DNA from: Escherichia phage pO103
DNA length: 39,837 bases
Sequence record: OR204651.1
Direction: 5' to 3' (one strand)
Shown: positions 37,424 to 39,837 of the stretch, one piece after another
Layout: each line of letters begins with the position of its first letter
Position numbering within the stretch: position 1 is the first letter of the stretch
Position numbers and translations under genes: made by a program
The notes under the pieces: model-generated
Database searches by the model: none
What the model saw: the letters and a program-made list of their open reading frames with translations, nothing else
Told to the model about the DNA's origin: nothing

Positions 37424-39183
37424 TGTCACAATCCCAAGAAGCTAAGAATGCGTTAATCATAGCGCAACTTAAGGGTGACTTCGTAGCATTCCTGTTCGTC
37501 CTATGGAAGGCTCTGAACTTACCTAAACCAACCAAGTGTCAGATTGATATGGCACGTACACTCGCTAACGGCGACCACAAGAAGTTTATCCTTCAGGCGT
37601 TCCGTGGTATCGGCAAGTCCTTTATCACATGTGCGTTCGTTGTGTGGGTCTTATGGCGTGACCCTCAACTCAAGATACTCATCGTGTCTGCCTCTAAGGA
37701 ACGTGCTGATGCTAACTCCATCTTCATCAAGAACATCATTGACCTGCTGCCATTTCTCGAAGAGTTGAAACCTCGACCGGGACAGCGTGACTCCGTGATT
37801 AGCTTCGACGTTGGCTTGGTTAAACCAGACCACTCACCCTCTGTGAAGTCTGTGGGTATCACTGGTCAGTTAACTGGTAGCCGTGCTGACATCATCATTG
37901 CAGATGACGTTGAGGTTCCCGGTAATAGCTCTACGAGTTCTGCCCGTGAGAAGCTCTGGACGTTGGTAACTGAGTTTGCTGCATTGCTTAAGCCACTTCC
38001 TACCTCTCGTGTTATCTACCTTGGCACACCTCAAACCGAGATGACGCTCTACAAGGAACTTGAGGATAACAAAGGGTACAGCACGGTAATCTGGCCAGCA
38101 CAGTATCCACGTAATGATGCTGAGGCTCTCTACTATGGGGACCGCTTGGCTCCGATGCTTAAGGTTGAATATGATGAGGGCTTCGAGTTACTTCGTGGTC
38201 AACCTACTGACCCTGTTCGATTCGACATGGATGACCTCCGTGAACGTGAACTCGAATATGGTAAAGCTGGCTACACGCTTCAGTTCATGCTTAACCCTAA
38301 CCTTAGTGATGCCGAGAAGTACCCGCTACGACTCCGTGACGCTATCGTGTGCGCTGTGGACCCTGAACGTGCCCCATTGTCTTACCAGTGGTTGCCGAAC
38401 CGTCAGAACCGCAATGAGGAGCTACCTAACGTTGGTCTGAAGGGCGATGACATCCATGCGTTCCATACGTGCTCTTCAAGAACCGCTGAGTATCAGTCTA
38501 AGATTCTGGTCATTGACCCAAGTGGTCGTGGTAAGGATGAGACCGGGTATGCAGTCCTCTACTCACTTAACGGTTATATCTACTTGATGGAAGTCGGTGG
38601 GTTCCGTGGTGGTTACGATGATGCTACCCTAGAGAAGCTCGCTAAGAAGGCCAAGCAGTGGAAGGTACAGACAGTCGTCCATGAGTCCAACTTCGGTGAC
38701 GGTATGTTCGGTAAGATTTTCTCTCCGATTCTCCTGAAGCACCACAAGTGTGCCTTAGAGGAAATCCGTGCTAAAGGCATGAAGGAGATGCGAATCTGCG
38801 ATACTATCGAACCGTTGATGGGTGCACACAAGCTGGTCATTCGTGATGAGGTTATCCGTGAGGACTACCAGACTGCTCGTGACCTTGATGGGAAACATGA
38901 TGTTCGCTACAGTGCGTTCTATCAGATGACCCGTATGACCCGTGAGCGAGGCGCTGTGGCACACGATGACCGACTTGATGCTATCGCATTGGGTATAGAG
39001 TTCCTGCGTGAAGGGATGCTTGTGGACAGCCGTGTAGGTGAAGAAGAGATGACCCTTGAGTTCCTTGAACACCACATGGAGAAACAGACCATTGGTGGTG
39101 ATGCTATCCATAGCTACGATGTTGGTGGCGTGGACATCTACTACGAGGACGACGGAGACTCTAGCTGCTTCATTGAGTGGTAA
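37423..39183 (+). CDS. 19: Gene 19 terminase large subunit
   Basis: 586 aa, same length as T7 gp19; ATPase and nuclease domains. Confidence 0.97.
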   Translation: MSQSQEAKNALIIAQLKGDFVAFLFVLWKALNLPKPTKCQIDMARTLANGDHKKFILQAFRGIGKSFITCAFVVWVLWRDPQLKILIVSASKERADANSIFIKNIIDLLPFLEELKPRPGQRDSVISFDVGLVKPDHSPSVKSVGITGQLTGSRADIIIADDVEVPGNSSTSSAREKLWTLVTEFAALLKPLPTSRVIYLGTPQTEMTLYKELEDNKGYSTVIWPAQYPRNDAEALYYGDRLAPMLKVEYDEGFELLRGQPTDPVRFDMDDLRERELEYGKAGYTLQFMLNPNLSDAEKYPLRLRDAIVCAVDPERAPLSYQWLPNRQNRNEELPNVGLKGDDIHAFHTCSSRTAEYQSKILVIDPSGRGKDETGYAVLYSLNGYIYLMEVGGFRGGYDDATLEKLAKKAKQWKVQTVVHESNFGDGMFGKIFSPILLKHHKCALEEIRAKGMKEMRICDTIEPLMGAHKLVIRDEVIREDYQTARDLDGKHDVRYSAFYQMTRMTRERGAVAHDDRLDAIALGIEFLREGMLVDSRVGEEEMTLEFLEHHMEKQTIGGDAIHSYDVGGVDIYYEDDGDSSCFIEW

Positions 39184-39270
39184 TAGATAAGTATGCGGGA
39201 AAGGTGCATAGGTAAGCACTTAGTACCGCTACGTTACCGTTAAGTAACTTACTGATATACATGAAGAAAT

Positions 39271-39293
39271 TAATACGACTCACTATTGGGAAT
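39271..39293 (+). promoter_or_regulatory. Phage promoter phiOR (TAATACGACTCACTATTGGGAAT)
   Basis: Consensus match; same +1 to +8 as phiOL. Confidence 0.85.
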
Positions 39294-39451
39294 GGCACCC
39301 TAAGACAACTTAAAGACACTTAAAGACTGCATATGCAAAGTGCATACTTAGTGACTAACTCTAAGAGACCCTTACAGTGAGGGATGATAGTAATTGTAAT
39401 TACATCCCTAACTATCAGTGTAACCATCAAGTATAACAAGGAGGACGCTCT

Positions 39452-39607
39452 ATGCGATTACTATCCGTGCTTAAGACACTAGCAACGCATCGAGTGACCT
39501 ATAAATTTCTCGTTGTACTTGCTGCTTCCATTGGTCTCGCATCTAGTGTTGAACACATCGGTGAACTGGAGACTCTGCTTTGTTCTCTACTCACTTGTGT
39601 TCCTTAG
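39452..39607 (+). CDS. Gene 19.5-like small hydrophobic protein (51 aa)
   Basis: AAGGAGG RBS 7 nt upstream; position downstream of phiOR as T7 19.5. Confidence 0.5.
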   Translation: MRLLSVLKTLATHRVTYKFLVVLAASIGLASSVEHIGELETLLCSLLTCVP

Positions 39608-39635
39608 ACTGCTCATTGGCGCTTAGCGCGCTCTT

Positions 39636-39673
39636 AGTGATTATGGTCGATATACATCTTCCCTATAATCACT
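39636..39673. repeat. Inverted repeat AGTGATTAT ... ATAATCACT (9-bp arms, 20-nt loop) near right end; preceded by palindrome AGCGCGCT
   Basis: Direct reading; right-end location suggests role in concatemer processing or packaging. Confidence 0.5.
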
Positions 39674-39698
39674 GTAAGAAGTCAACTCTAAGAGTAAC

Positions 39699-39786
39699 CC
39701 TTATGTACCCTCTATGGTCTACAGGGTCTCTTAGGGTCTCTCACGTAGTCTCACCTTATGATAGCCACTCTGTGGTTAACCTTATG
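39699..39786. repeat. Right-end CCTTATG heptamer repeats (39699, 39754, 39780) and GGTCTCT direct repeats
   Basis: Same heptamer as left-end array. Confidence 0.6.
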
Positions 39787-39837
39787 AGATACTTGATGTA
39801 CCCCTTTAAGAATCCTACAGAAAAATCTGAGTGGGTA

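Overview
Complete or near-complete linear genome of a T7-like podophage (Autographiviridae, T7/T3 group), starting at the left genome terminus (TCTCATAGTTCA...). All credible genes are on the + strand in canonical T7 order: host-promoter/early region (0.3, 0.7), gene 1 RNA polymerase, DNA metabolism genes (1.3 ligase, 2.5 SSB, 3 endonuclease, 3.5 lysozyme, 4 primase-helicase, 5 DNA polymerase, 6 exonuclease), then structural and packaging genes (8 portal, 9 scaffold, 10A/10B capsid, 11, 12, 13-16 internal virion proteins, 17 tail fiber, 17.5 holin, 18/19 terminase, 18.5/18.7 spanins). About 15 phage-RNAP promoters of T7 type are visible (TAATACGACTCACTAT[T/A]GGGAG), plus three sigma70-like early promoters, RNase III sites, an early terminator and the T-phi terminator. 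The phage is mosaic: gene 0.3 is the T3-type SAM-cleaving enzyme rather than T7 Ocr, while the RNAP specificity loop and promoters are T7-type. Most notable: (i) a ~185-aa insertion in ejected internal virion protein gp16 with a GNAT-like acetyl-CoA-binding motif, (ii) a tail-fiber C-terminal domain with foreign codon usage, (iii) two paralogous HNH endonuclease genes overlapping essential genes, (iv) a cluster of small early ORFs of unknown function. No tRNA, CRISPR, integrase or lysogeny module was seen. T7/T3 reference sequences and lengths are quoted from memory and nothing was searched against a database.
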